Below, piece after piece: positions 23,848 to 37,918 of a stretch of DNA of 64,000 nucleotides. Position 1 is the first letter of the stretch, and each line of letters begins with the position of its first letter. Position numbers and translations under genes: made by a program. This stretch comes from Octopus bimaculoides (taxonomy: Eukaryota), in assembly GCF_001194135.2 (NCBI RefSeq), contig NC_068985.1, positions 42,828,871 to 42,892,870 of the forward strand, given 5' to 3'. The notes beneath the pieces are model-generated. The model saw only the letters and a program-made list of their open reading frames with translations. It ran no database searches and had not been told where the DNA came from.

Positions 23848-24472
23848 NNNNNNNNNNNNNNNNNNNNNNNNNNNNNNNNNNNNNNNNNNNNNNNNNNNNN
23901 NNNNNNNNNNNNNNNNNNNNNNNNNNNNNNNNNNNNNNNNNNNNNNNNNNNNNNNNNNNNNNNNNNNNNNNNNNNNNNNNNNNNNNNNNNNNNNNNNNNN
24001 NNNNNNNNNNNNNNNNNNNNNNNNNNNNNNNNNNNNNNNNNNNNNNNNNNNNNNNNNNNNNNNNNNNNNNNNNNNNNNNNNNNNNNNNNNNNNNNNNNNN
24101 NNNNNNNNNNNNNNNNNNNNNNNNNNNNNNNNNNNNNNNNNNNNNNNNNNNNNNNNNNNNNNNNNNNNNNNNNNNNNNNNNNNNNNNNNNNNNNNNNNNN
24201 NNNNNNNNNNNNNNNNNNNNNNNNNNNNNNNNNNNNNNNNNNNNNNNNNNNNNNNNNNNNNNNNNNNNNNNNNNNNNNNNNNNNNNNNNNNNNNNNNNNN
24301 NNNNNNNNNNNNNNNNNNNNNNNNNNNNNNNNNNNNNNNNNNNNNNNNNNNNNNNNNNNNNNNNNNNNNNNNNNNNNNNNNNNNNNNNNNNNNNNNNNNN
24401 NNNNNNNNNNNNNNNNNNNNNNNNNNNNNNNNNNNNNNNNNNNNNNNNNNNNNNNNNNNNNNNNNNNNNNNN
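23848..24472. other. Assembly gap (N run) flanked by (TG)n
   Basis: Ns in the sequence. Additional 10-N gaps at 14877-14886, 35416-35425 and 36314-36323. Confidence 1.
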
Positions 24473-24504
<32 letters not shown>

Positions 24505-26049
24505 TTGTGCAGGTTTATGATAAAAAGCACCCCTGCCATGACCAGTCTTTGTTATTATTATTATTAATTTTTTTTTTGTAAATCTAGAACTACACTGAGC
24601 AATGTATCCAATCTATTTTAAAATGGTAGGGTGTGATTTGAGGGAATTTAGCTGCTATTTCCAACAGGTCTAATAATAGCATAGAAGCTCCATTGGTATG
24701 TGTGTATATGAGAAAGAGAGGGACAGAAAAACAGAGAAGAGAGAGTATGCATGTGTACGTGTGTGTGTGTATGCACACATATGTATGTATGTATGTAAAA
24801 TAAACATAGATACATATTCCTTTAAAATGGGTGTATATGTACGAGTACTACAATGGTGATGTCTGTGTTCCTGATATGATGTGCATGTGCAGGGATGGGG
24901 TGGTGGTAGTTTTTCTGTTATAAAGTTGTTTCCATGGCTATCTGGTTTGTTTAAACCTCATTCATGTAATATAACTTTCAGTAATACAGCAGCAGAATGA
25001 TAGAAGCTGTAAAACAGCAGGCTAAATGCCTTTAGTTCTATTCTTCTAGGTTCTGAGTTCAAATCCCACTGAAGTCGATATTTAATTTAATTTAGCCAAC
25101 AATGTATCTCCTTTACAAATTACACATCAAGTTTCTCTATAACAAACCAATCAGCACTGCATGAACTCACATATGTTAAATTCTGCCAGAATGGTAGAAA
25201 GGAAGAAGAATTAATAAAGTGGAGGAATTGGTGGAGTAGAAATTAGTAAAATGGTAGATTTGGTTAGAGTTTCAGAACTTTCATGTTCTGAAATTTAAAT
25301 GCTACTGAAGCCAACTTTGTTTTCCTTCCTTCCAAGGACAATGAAATAAAGTACCAGTCTTATATGGAGATTTTACAAAAATGCCGTCACCGCCACCACC
25401 ACCATGTGTGTGTGGCTGTCTATGTAAGTTAGAAATCAATATGTCAATACTTTTACAATAATTTGTGTATAGTTACTAATTCATAATCTTGACTAATGAT
25501 TCAGCTTCCTCTTGCATTTAACAATTTCTTGATCATGTTGCTGGCAAAAGGTTCTACCATTCTGTGTTGCAGTTACTGTATTTGATGATACAGAAAAAAT
25601 GCTTAAAAAATTCCCCTTGAGTCCTCTATGCAAAATTTGATTTATTTTAGATACTTTAACACTTTGCCTACCACGAGAGTCACTAGTAACATCCCATGCT
25701 ATATTCTTAATATACCACAGGAGTCACCAATGACTGCCAGTGGTGTTGTTTTTTTTTTTGTTTTCATTTTTTGTTTTTTTCATGGAACTTCACATTACTG
25801 TGGTTCAAGCTACAATATTTGAATTTTAGAAAATGTACAGAACACAGATATCAGCAGGGTGCAAGTCACTCCATAAAAGTTTTATTTAAAAAAAACAAGT
25901 ATTAAGACTTATATGATATAATCTGAAATATAATCAGTAGAAAAAAAAAGGTATAAATAAAAAAATTCTATAAATGAAGTTTTTTTTAAAAATTTTTAAC
26001 TTGATCCAGTCATTAGACTGCCTTGAAGAATTTTACTTGAATGAATTGA

Positions 26050-26370
26050 CTCCAGTATTTTTTAATCTTTTAAAGTCTGATACTTACACTGTTGTTCCCT
26101 TTTGCTGAACCACTAAGTTATGGGGATGTAAACACACCAACACCAGTTGTCAAGCAATGGGGTGGGGGAAATACAAGCACACAGACACACACACGCATAA
26201 ATATGATATATAGATATATATATGATGGGCTTTTTTCAGTTTCCATCTACCAAATCCACTCACAAGGCTTTGGTTGGCTCAGAGCTATAGCAGAAGAGAT
26301 TTGCCAAAGGTGCCACACAGTGGGACTAAACCTGGAACCATGTGGTTGGAAAGCAAACTTCTTACCGCAA
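26050..26370 (-). mobile_element. SINE family A
   Basis: Reverse complement of the family A body: ttttgctgaaccactaagttatggggatgtaaacac...ttcagtttccatctaccaaatccactcacaaggctttgg. Confidence 0.85.
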
Positions 26371-27854
26371 ACACATTTTTTAATGTGTCACTGGCAACTC
26401 CTACAATGCAAAATGAATATAATATTTGTTTTGTACTGTGCTATAAATAAATGTAGTAGTTTATTTAGGGAACTAGAACATACATACATACATACATATA
26501 TGTGTGTGTGTGTGTATACATATATATATACACATATATATATATATATAAGAGAGAGAGAAAGAGAGAAATATTTTTAAAATGCATAATTTTTAACAAA
26601 ATGAGACTGCTAGTGCCAAAGAAAATATGGCACAAAATGGGCTTGGTCGACAAAGTGTCAATGCACTAAAAGCTTTTTTTTTCCTGAATATGCTCTGCTG
26701 AAATTGGGATGCATCAAATATGCCCATGCATCTTTTATCCTATCAAATACAGTAATTGCAGAAATAACCAAGAATTTAGAGGAACTTGGTGAGTAAAGTG
26801 ACCAATAAGTAAAATCATCAATAAGCTGGAGTTTGGAAGATAACTCATCAAAAGATTCATGATTTAAAAATAGGCATTTTTAAACAGGGTTCTTTTTTGA
26901 ATTATAGAACAAGAAGTAATGTCTTTGGTGGATTGCTACCAAAAGGGTTAAACACAGTCATCAGCTTGTTCTCTAGTCAAGTAATATTAGGTGTGGCAGT
27001 TTTGACTAATTCCACAATGTTCTATATAATCACATCATTTTTCTGTGACTTTGTTATTGTTGTTGTAGTAGTAGTAGTGGCAATAACAGTAATAGTTGTG
27101 GCAGCAGTAGTAGTAGTAGTGGTAGTTGCAGGAGCAAGTAGCAGCAGCAGTGAGCTGTATGCTTCTAGCCATTTCCCAATGTTACATCTGTTAGCATTAA
27201 CTATCTTTGTAAATAAGTCTCAACAGGCGCTTGAAACTTATGGGCAAAATATGGAAAATGCATTAACATTATTTTCTCATTTTACTTTTTTTCTTAAAAA
27301 AAAAAAAATTTGGTCAGTGTTGAGCTCAAAATTTGTTATGAGCTCAGAAAAGACAATGCAAAGCCATTCTAATGTATCTATTCTGGAGAATATATACTTT
27401 GGTTCTTTGAAATATAGTCCAACAGTAATAGACATTCAGTGATAGATAGCACTCACATAGCATCATTTAAATAAAGGAAATGTAGTTCACTATTTATCAC
27501 ACTTGTGTACAATATGAATTATGAATGATTAGGAGGTGGTCCAGGCTTTTGAATTAATCATAATGTATTACAGGTACTTTTGTTATCAACTTTTATGAAA
27601 GCAGCCACTACTAGCAGGATTCATATTTGATACAGCAGTCTCTGAAAAATAGCTAAATATTGTATGGCACTTATCTCCTTGCACAATGAATCATTTACAG
27701 ATAAGAAGATTGAGATTGTGTGACATGGAAGCCTTTCTTAAGGTCATTAACAACATAAGTGAAGTCTAATATAATTCCTTTCACATGGAGGATGCATTAT
27801 AGAAGTATAAAGTAACCTTGCCAGTACCTGAAATAAGACATCATTTGCTATATA

Positions 27855-27909
<55 letters not shown>

Positions 27910-27944
27910 AATCAAATCAAATCAAATTGAAATCAAAAATGGAA

Positions 27945-28350
27945 ATTGTAGTTGTAGCTGATGCCAGTGCCACCTGACTGGCCCCTGTGCTGGTGGCACG
28001 CAATAAGCACCTTTTATGCATGGGTTGTTGCCAGTTCTGCCTGACTGGCTCCCCATGCTGGTGACATGTAAAAAGTGCCATCTGAACATGGTTGATGCCA
28101 TCCACATCCCACACCCCCGACTGGCTCCTGTGCCAGTAGCACGTAAAAAGCACCATCCGAACGTGGCTGACGCTAGTGCTGCCTGACTGGCTCACGTGCC
28201 AGTGGCATGTAAAAAGCACCCACTACACTTTCGGAGTGGTTGACATTAGGAAGGGCATCCAGCTGTAAAAACATTGCCAGATTAGATTGGAACCTGGTAC
28301 AGCCTCCTGGCTTGCCAGTCCCCAGTCAAACCATCCAACCCATGCCAACA
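27945..28350 (+). mobile_element. Family D retroposon (RTE-like 3' tail) with tandem 5' modules
   Basis: ggagtggttgacattaggaagggcatccagctgtaaaaac...ccaacccatgccaacatggaaa, preceded by about 4 ctgactggc...gtaaaaagcacc modules. Confidence 0.75.
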
Positions 28351-30189
28351 TGGAAAAGAGTGGGGCAAGAATGCCTGAGTAGATGTGGCATGAATCCAGC
28401 CTGCTCTGTGGAGCAGAGGCAATTACAGTATCAGTTGAAAAGACAGAGACACTAAGCAGTGTACCTGTGGGCTAGAAATAGCATTCTGTATATTTTATTT
28501 AATGTGGATATATTGTAGAAAGTCAGAAAACTGTGGTATTTGTCATGAGAAAGCATCTCATATAGACATGTGCCAAGTTACTTGGGTAGAACTCTTGTTT
28601 CAGTTATAAAACTGGAAAAAACCCAAAAAAACTTAGAAGTTTAAGGCTGTCTCTTTCCACTACACAGCACTCCTCTGCACTCCATACTTTACCATGCCTG
28701 ACAGCAAATATGACATAACTTTGACTGTCAAAACCCTACAATAAATGTAGCTGAAAGCATAAAAACATGTAATTATATGTTAAAGAAAGTGCATTTGTTA
28801 AAGAAGGATCTTATAGACTAGTGCATCTTATATACCAGCAAATACAGTAAGCGGTAATTATGAGCATGTGAAAGCATACACATAGAAGCAAGCTTTCAAT
28901 CTCTATAATTCCCTTCTTCATCTTGTGCTTTTCTCCCACTATTTTTCTTTTTATCTTTCTATGTATCAATCCTACTGTTTACCCTAGTTTGCTTGGCTGT
29001 GTGGTGGCCTTCAATGCTCTATCTCTAAGTATCTACACATAAATCTATTTCTGTGCTTCATCCCCTCTAGCTGTGTCTCTTAACCTCTATCTGCCTGTTA
29101 GTGTCTGTCTAATGAGTTTTCTTTATCAATCAGTCTTCCACTATCTATAAGGTCCTTTCTGCCTGCCTCCTTGTAATCTAACTTGCTAAAGGACATTTTA
29201 GAGGGCTGCATGCGTGCGCACACACACACACACACACACACACACTCTCTCTCTCTTTCTCCCCCCCCCTCTCATTCTAAAGCCTTTAGGTTTTCACAAC
29301 AATCCACTTCACTTGTGAGATGGTTTATTTATTTTTTATTTAATTTCTTTTTCTACTTTTATTTCATCTGTTTATTTTACTTACGTGAATGATAAAAGTG
29401 ATAGATTTAAGATCTTGCAAATGGTTTTCTTGCTTCCTATACAGAGAGAGTGTCTGCATGCCATATGTTATTATTATGAAACATAATCCTTTGCACTTTT
29501 CTCTTGCTACAGTTACACATTAACAAACTCTTGCTAGGGCCATCCCACTTCAGGGTGATGTCATCATAGAACTAGGAAGGTGCACACTACGAAACAGCCA
29601 CAAAACCTAGCTATTATTGTTACATTGTATTTGATTTGGTAAACATCATTTAGTCCATCTTTTGTATGTATGTATGTATGTATGTATGTATGTATGCATG
29701 CATGCATTTATGCATGTGTGTATGTAAGTATGTATGTATGCTTATAACACCTGAAGTTGATGACCTTGAACTGCTGAATGGTGTATATGTGTATAAGCAT
29801 GTGTGTGTGTGTGTGTGTGTGCACGCGCAATAATAAAGAAGGTATTATTATGGGTGTCTGGTATATGAATGGAATGTGAGACACCCAGGTAACCAAAAGA
29901 AAAACAATGATAAAAGTTGGCACAGAATTCTTTTAGAAATAGGATTGCTATTGCATGTTGTTTCTTGAAAAAAAAAGTATTTATTGCTCCTGACTAATAG
30001 TCATCTCTCAACCTGCTAGAAATAGTAGGCAACACACCCTCAAAATTTTTTTTTTTAAATGAAAGGAGAAACTGGTTAATGCAGTCATGGATATATATAA
30101 CAAAGATGGGATGGTCATAGCTGGTACAGCTGTTCACTTTAAGCTTTATTTCTGCACACACATTTTGTAACTAGGTCATTCAATAAATG

Positions 30190-30410
30190 AATTTATACAC
30201 ATATGTACACACAATAAATTAATGTATACACACAAAAGATCAATGTGTACACAGTAAATTCATTAATGTGCATACAGTATGTTGACACAAAAATTGAAGT
30301 GTAGACAGAAAAATTAATGTGTAGACAATATATTAATGTGTACTCACAATAAATTAATGTGTAGGCACAAAATAATGCATTTACATAATATAATAATGTC
30401 TACACACTAC
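30190..30410. repeat. Degenerate ~21-bp repeat (aaattaatgtgtacacac)
   Basis: ttaatgtgta recurs periodically. Confidence 0.7.
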
Positions 30411-30430
30411 ACTCTGCTAATATTTAATAT

Positions 30431-31864
30431 AGGTGCAGGTGTGGCTGTGTGGTAAGAAGCTTGCTTCCCAACTGCATGGTTCTAGGCTCAGACCCACTAC
30501 ATGGCACCTTGGGCAAGTTTCTGCTATAACCTCGGGCCAACCAAAGCCTTTTGAGTGGATTTGGTAGATGGAAACTGAAAGAAGCCCATTGTACATAGTG
30601 GGGAAGCAAAACTTGGAATATTTTGGAAACCTTATTTTCACATATTCCTGAGGGTAAATACTAAAATATTGTTTTCTATTTCAAGGTGGAGGTATATAGA
30701 GTTAATTTAATCAGAAATTCTAGTCATGCAATCTAACATGTTCACTTAAGAAGCCAAGAGACAACGCACTGCAGATTTGCTTCATGCTGAGGTTGCAATT
30801 AGATGTATTGCTGAGACTGTCGAGGCCTCTGTGAGGACTGTCTACAACATTAAGAACTGAATGATAGATATGGGAGGCATCAAGAGAAAGCAAGGAAGTG
30901 GAGGCATAAATGAAAAAACAGTATAATGCATTTCTTAAAACTCTCAAAGTCAAAATTTCGAAAGACCCAACAACATCTATGAGAAAACTTTCCATGGACA
31001 TGAAAATTGATCAAAAGACCATCAGAAATGTTGTACGCATTGATTTATATTTGGGGTCATATGTGAGGACCCCGAGACACCTATTGATCCATGCAATGAA
31101 AGCTAGAAGACATGAAGGGGCTAAAAATGTGTTGCAATACCTGAAGCACAATGGACAAACCATCAAAATCTTTTCAGATGAAAATTTCTTTACCACTGAT
31201 GCTGTTTTAAATCGTCACAATGATTGATACATTGTTAAATCACCTTCTGAAGTAAAGGACGTCTTTAGGACCAAGCACCCAGCTCAAGTCACGATACTCA
31301 GAGTCGTGGCATCTAATGGAAAAAAAATGCCACTCCATTTTTTCAAGTCTGGGGAAAAGGTGGGGGCTGAAGTTTATTATAAAGTCCTGTTGTAAAAAGT
31401 TTTGCCTTGGTTGAAGTCTAACTACTCCAACAATAATTATTATGTGTTGACCCAAGATGGTGCTCCTGCTCATACAATGAAGAAAGTGCAGAAATTCTGC
31501 GAAGACAGCTTCACAGACTTTTGGCCTGCCAACTTCTGGCTTTTTTCCAGCCCGGACTTGAACCCCCCCCCCACCCGGGCTATGCCATATGGGCAAATTG
31601 GAGCACTCTACCAACAGAACTTCGCATCCAAGTGTTGATCATTTTAAGCAAGTCCTGAAGGAAGAGTGGACATGTCTGAGTACTTCATCTTGAAGGCAGT
31701 GTGTGAAGACTGTGGTGGACAATGAAGGTGGACATATTGAATAAGTTGTCTCTTTATACCCCAATAAACTTGCGTTAAAATTATATTTATGTCAAGTTGC
31801 TTGTTGGGAAATAAACAATTTGGTGAATTATCTATTATTTTCCAAGTTTTGCTTCCCTACCCTG

Positions 31865-31904
<40 letters not shown>

Positions 31905-32130
31905 TTTGTGCCTGTGTTTATCACCCACCATCCCCAACCACTGTTTCACAACTAGTGTTGGTGTGTTTACATCCTCATAAATTAGTGATTTGGCAAAAGA
32001 GACCAATAGAATAAGTACCAGGCTTAACAGAAAAAAAAAAAAAAAACAGCACTGGGGTTGATTCACTCAGCTAAAATTTCTTCAAGACAGTGCCCCAGTA
32101 TGGCTGCAGTCTAATGACTAAAACAAGTAA
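30431..32130 (+). mobile_element. SINE family A split by a transposon (head 30431-30593, tail 31865-32130)
   Basis: The head ends gaaactgaaagaagcccattgTA and the tail resumes TAtatatgtgtg...ttggcaaaagagaccaatagaataagtacc. Confidence 0.88.
30594..31864 (+). mobile_element. Decayed Tc1/mariner-superfamily transposon, DD37D (maT)-like, 1271 bp
   Basis: 25-bp TIRs (22/25 match) catagtggggaagcaaaacttggaa / ttccaagttttgcttccctaccctg with a TA TSD. Transposase remnants IFSDENFF, TQDGAPAH and SSPDLNP...YAIW, with spacing consistent with D37D. Stops and frameshifts present. Confidence 0.9.
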
Positions 32131-34369
32131 AAAAAAAAATAGAAGATAAAGATAAAAAGTGTACATACCAGGTTAGTTACCTAAAATATGGCAGTAAATA
32201 ATTCTTTCAAATTTTGGTACAAGGCCAGTAATTTTTGAGGAGGGAGGAAGTTGATTATATCAATCCCCCCAGTGCTTGGCTGATATTCATTTTATTGACT
32301 GAAAAGCAAAGTTAACCTCAATATTTGAACTCAGAACATGAAGAACATAGAGAGCCAGAAAACACTGTCTGACATGCTAATAATTCTGTCAGCTTTACTG
32401 CCTTAAAGCAGTAATTAATGATTAGACAGCACCATCCCTCCTCCATTTTTTGGTTTTTGGGGTCAGTGATGGTCTGGTGCTAAATAATAGTAACCGCAAC
32501 TATAATATTATCTCAATACACCTCACTGGGTTCAATTTACTGGAATATGTTTGAGGAAGCCTCTACATTGCCACTCTACCTGTGAGAAGTAGCAGCCACA
32601 TAAAATCAAATACTACTGTCTTAAAAAAAAAAGACAACACATGGACAATGTAGTACTAGACACACAAAATAGATGGAATGGTCATAGATAAAATGTCTTT
32701 GATCATAAGCTGCTAAATCATTGCATATTGAGTCTTAAATCTTAACTAATCATTGTTTGGTTTACCATCCAGAAAACAACACACACACACACACACACTC
32801 TGCCATGAGTTCACCAGCCTCGGAAGACGAAGCATGTACAATAGAAGGGAAAATATGCAAAAGAGGAATGATGTAGAAAAGATGAAAGAGTATGTACGAG
32901 ATAACAAATCAATGTCAATCTAAATAAACTGATCTTCGTTGATTTGTATATTGTCCCCTTGCTTGTTAAACATTGATTATACTGTCCTTTCCTTAAATAT
33001 GCTAATTAACTTGAAAATTAATTCTCAGTTTCTTCAAATTATCTCTCCTGAGAGAGATGCCAACAGTTGCTTCCTGAAGGCCATTCCAACCACAACCATC
33101 TTATCTTCAAAGAACTTAGGATCACATTATTTCTTTTATTCTTTAATTTTTACTTGTTTCAGTTACTGTACTGCAGCCATGCTAGGGCACCACCTTGATG
33201 AGCTTAGGTGAGCAAATTTACCCCAGTACATATTTTTAAGTTTGGTATTTATTTTAGCAATCTCTTTAGCTAAGCAATTGCAGGGCACAAACGCAAACAC
33301 ACACACAACACACTTCTACAGTTTTCATCTACCAAATTCAATCACAAGGCATTGGTCAGCCTGGGATTGTAATAGAAGATACTTATCCAAGATACTTATC
33401 AGTGGAACTGAACCTGAAATCATGAAGTTGTAAAGCAAGCTTCTTAACCACACAGCTATGCCTGCATCTAATGTGTCTTTTTCTGGGATAGCTAGAGTCA
33501 ATAACTAAAATACTATTTGGCCAATCCAGTGGAATGACCAAGGGTGTTGGACCTTGCTATATCTATTCCTTCTTGTGTCCTGAAGTAACATCAGTGATAG
33601 CAATGGCACCCACCTTCCTTTTGGACAACATCAGGGATATGTTCAGTGCTTTCCTATATCTAAACACATATCTCCTCAGGCTAATTAGCTAGGACCATTC
33701 CATAGTAGCATGATTGTGGTATTGCCAAATGAAGAAAAGTATCCAAAACAGACAAATGATTAATTGATCAAATTCACCTTCCATTTATTGTTACCAGTAT
33801 GGGATTGGAACATGTTTATTCCAAAGGAAATGAACCAAATAGAATAAAAACTAATAAGATTATTGTTGTATTGTATATGGATGGAAAAATAATAGAGGAA
33901 GAGAAGGTAAGTAAATGAGTACAAGCATCTCCTTATCCCTATGATGTTTTGAGCTAAAAGTAAACTAGTGATGTGTTGCAGGATAGTCTGACTCCACAAT
34001 GTAACTGCATCAACTCAGTCTGTGATATCTGATTCTCTTCTGTCATCTCTTGTCTGGCTCTGTTTATGAGGTCCCATTTTGTTATGTTGCATATATGTTG
34101 AACATCATTGGTTAAATTTCTTTTGGCATCATCACATCTGCAAGTGTTTTAAACATTTCACAATGTTTACAAACACGATTGGCTACCTTTTTGCTGATAT
34201 CATCCAAAGAACTTGACTTTCAGTTGTTGAGCATCATTGGATAGAATTTTTATGATGTCATCACTCAATGTGAAAAATCCTGTTTTACTGTTTAGTAACT
34301 TTTAACTGAAGAGAATACAAATTCAGGTTGAAATTGAGCCAGCAAGACAAAGTAGAGCAGGTGAGTGAG

Positions 34370-34670
34370 AGACAAGTCAGAGTGGGACAGGTAGAGAGAG
34401 AGAGGAATCAATGTGGAATAGGTAAAAGAGTGAGATGAGTCAGAATGGGATGGGTGAAAGACAGAGGTGTCAGTGGGCTATGAATGAGGGAGAGTCAGTG
34501 TGACAGGTGAGAGAGAGAGAGAAAGAGAAAGAAGGTGGAGTCAGTGTGGTGGATGAGAAAAAGGGCAGAGTCAATGTGGTGGACAAGAGAGACAAAGAGT
34601 TATAGTGACAAATGAGAGAGAGGGTGGAGTCAGCATTCTGGATGAGAGAGGGAGCAGCGGAGTCAGAAGG
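34370..34670. repeat. Degenerate purine-rich ~28-30 bp repeat (agagtcagtgtggtggatgagagag)
   Basis: gagtca and gagagag modules recur. Confidence 0.6.
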
Positions 34671-35379
34671 GGTTGGCACAAAGGGTGAAGCACCAAACTA
34701 AATATCCCACAATATATAGTTTCCTTGTTTCTAAGTTCTAAGTTCAAATCCCAGGGGTAAATGATAAGAGGTCTCTTGCATTGCCTATTGCAAAGAGCAT
34801 AACAGATGCAAAACCAATGATACCTTTATTCTCACTGGCCATAACCAACAACTACATTAAATATTACAGTTCCCCAAAACTTCAAAAACTTTTTGTGCTT
34901 TTTTTACAGACATATGACCAACTACATCCACACACTTGTATGTGTTTGTCTGTATACAAGTGTGTGCACATAAATGTGCTTGTGTGTATATATGTCCATA
35001 TACTTCTGTTCATCTGTGTATAAATAAGTGCTCACGTGTATGAGTATAAACTGAGTGCATGTGTGTAAATGAGTGCTTGATTGTTCATGCACATGTATTT
35101 CTAATCAACAATCCTCAGTAATACTGCTGATTGGAGGTTTTGCTTGTCAGACAACAGATATGCTTACATTGTAGCATAGGAAATTAGAATTTCATGCTTG
35201 ATACATATGCGCACATCATGCATGGAGACATACAATAATGTACGTATTTATACTACATGTGTGTGTATGTGTATAAATAACATATATAGACATATCTATC
35301 TACAAATATATATTTCTATGTATAAACATACATATAAGTAGACAGACAGATGGTTTACGTATATATATATATATACACA

Positions 35380-35415
<36 letters not shown>

Positions 35416-35425
35416 NNNNNNNNNN

Positions 35426-35477
<52 letters not shown>

Positions 35478-35835
35478 GCAAAATTAGAAATAGAAAGTCC
35501 TTGATACATTATTATATATTATATTTTCTGTTAACAAAAAAGCCATTTCTATTCATTCAGTTTTCATATCTATCTATGTGTGTGTATGGGGGAGGTGAGT
35601 GGCTTGGTTAGGGTGTTGAACTCATGACTGTAAGATTGTGGTTTCAATTCCTAGACCAGGTGACATGAATTCTTGAGCAAAAACACTTCATTTCACATTG
35701 CTCTAGTTCACTCAGCTAGCAAGCAAAAATGGTTAATCCTGTGACAGACCAGCAACCTGTCCAGGTGGAGAATATATACACCATGGAAACCGACTATGAA
35801 TCTATATGACTCAGAAAGGAACTTTGCTTTATATG

Positions 35836-35897
<62 letters not shown>

Positions 35898-35900
<3 letters not shown>

Positions 35901-36270
35901 TCATTTAATGTCTGTTGTCCATGCTGGTATGGGTTGGTTGGTTTGACTAGGTTGGCATGCTGGAAGGCTGCACCAGGATCTAGTCTGATTTGGCATGGTT
36001 TTCTACAGCTGGATACCCTTCCTAACACCAACCACTCCGAGAGTGTAATGGATGCTTTTACATGCCACTGGCATGGGTGCCATTTGCATGATACCGGTAT
36101 CTACTATGACTGCAATTCTGCTTGGCTTGATGGGTCTTCCTCTCCAACACAACATAATGCCAAAGGTCTTGGTCTTTGCATCAATGAGGCCCAACACTCG
36201 AAAGGAGCTTGGCCACTTTGCCTCCATGAAGTCCAACGCTCGAAAGGAACTGTGCCACCTCACCTCTGTC
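35898..36270 (-). mobile_element. Family D retroposon
   Basis: catcatttaatgtc...ccatgctggtatgggttgg...tttctacagctggatacccttcctaacaccaaccactccgagag. Confidence 0.8.
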
Positions 36271-36274
36271 AGGC

Positions 36275-36313
<39 letters not shown>

Positions 36314-36491
36314 NNNNNNNNNNACACACACATATATATATATATACACATACACACACACACATATATATATGAGAGAAAGAGAGAAGATACAGATGTA
36401 GATAGATGGCTACATTTATATAATTCATAGATATATACATAACAAAGCCAATAAAATACCTCTGGATATGTGAATGAGTGCATGTATATGA

Positions 36492-36870
36492 TAGGAGTAG
36501 CTGTGTGGTAAGTAGCTTGCTTACCAACTACGTGGTCCTGGGTTCAGTCCCACTGCGTGGCACCTTGGGCAAGTGTCTTCTACTATAGTCTCGGGCCGAC
36601 CAAAGCCTTGTGAGTGGATTTGGTAGATGGAAACTGGAAGAAGCCCGTCGTATATGTGTATATATGTATGTGTGTCTGTGTTTGTCCCCCCAACATCACT
36701 TGACAACCGATGCCAGTGTGTTTACGCCCCCATAACTTAGCGGTTTGGCAAAAGAGAATGATAGAATAAGTACTAGGCTTACAAAGAATAAGCTCTGGGG
36801 TTGATTTGCTCGACTAGTGGCGGTCCTCCAGCATGGCCACAGTCAAATGACTGAAACAAGTAAAAAAAAA
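36492..36870 (+). mobile_element. SINE family A, well-preserved full-length copy
   Basis: Retains CpGs (ctcgggccgacc, gcccgtcg). Head ggagtagctgtgtggtaagtagcttgc...gggttcagtccc, tail gactgaaacaagtaaaa. Confidence 0.9.
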
Positions 36871-37556
36871 AAGTATGTATGTATGTATGTGTGTGTATAT
36901 ATATATTCATTCATAGATGTGTGTGTGTGCAATGCATATATGTTTGTATAAGAATATTTGTACATTTGTTTCTTATGTAGCAGCCTTTACTTATCTATGT
37001 TATAACACACATACACATTAATATATTTAATCCACATACATTTTCATTTATTTGTATTCCCATGAGGCCTTGTAAAGCTTATTTTTAACTAAAAACCGAA
37101 TGTCAGATGAAGAAAAGCTGAACACCATTTGTTTATATGTTAACAGTGAAATATATATATAGGTGAATTAACATCTGTGAATATATGTTCCTGGAGATGT
37201 TTAGGAAACTGGCATTAGTTAAAGACAGAAAAGATAATTTATTCATAAATATGACTAAACATTAACAGACGGGATATATCATACTGGCACCATCACTAAT
37301 GGATTTCCCCTTTGCAGTTGTAGATGTCTTCTGTTCACAAAATTGCCCCACAGAGACTATCACAGCACAATGTGTTTAACTCTGCTTGTAAGGTTTTTAG
37401 ACTGACTCATAGGTATACCAATGTCCTTACTTTGAAGTTGCTGCTGAAAAATACATTTTCATATTTACTAGTTCCTGATTATATATTTTTTTCATTTTAT
37501 TTTTATTTCTTACATGAAAATTCAAGAGATTTGTGTTTTTCAATGAGATTTCAACA

Positions 37557-37755
37557 TGACTAACAGATCATTTTACAAATGCTAAATTATATGTAAACTA
37601 ACACAGTATTTGACAGATACTATAACCAGTTCTATTTTTATCTTTATAATAGACTAACAGATCAGTTAACAGATGTTATAACCAGTTCTAATTAATTCCA
37701 TCTATACGATAAACTAACAGATTATTTTACAGATGTTATAACCAGTTCTAATCCT
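37557..37755. repeat. About 60-bp tandem repeat, 3-4 copies (actaacagat..ttttacagatgttataaccagttcta)
   Basis: tataaccagttcta occurs three times and actaacaga several times. Confidence 0.75.
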
Positions 37756-37868
37756 AGTTGTATTTATTTATTTATGTTATTCTGACTTTCACAGCTTTCA
37801 TGAACAGAGACTCCAAGGGCATTTTCTAATGGAGGCATGACAACTTAATTTCCTTTAACAACACTCCA

Positions 37869-37918
<50 letters not shown>

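Noticed and set aside
23727-24581. Long ORFs of 232-270 aa
   Set aside because: They consist of X residues across the N-gap plus (TG)n.
26897-27442. 181-aa ORF with a poly-Val hydrophobic stretch
   Set aside because: Derived from (GTA/GCA)n microsatellites. No recognisable domain or splice context.
33540-34290. Possible LINE-RT or mariner remnants
   Set aside because: Only vague motif resemblance. I could not recover a convincing peptide or termini.
36492-36560. tRNA-like A/B-box sequences here and in other SINE heads
   Set aside because: They do not form full cloverleaves and continue into SINE bodies, so they are not tRNA genes.
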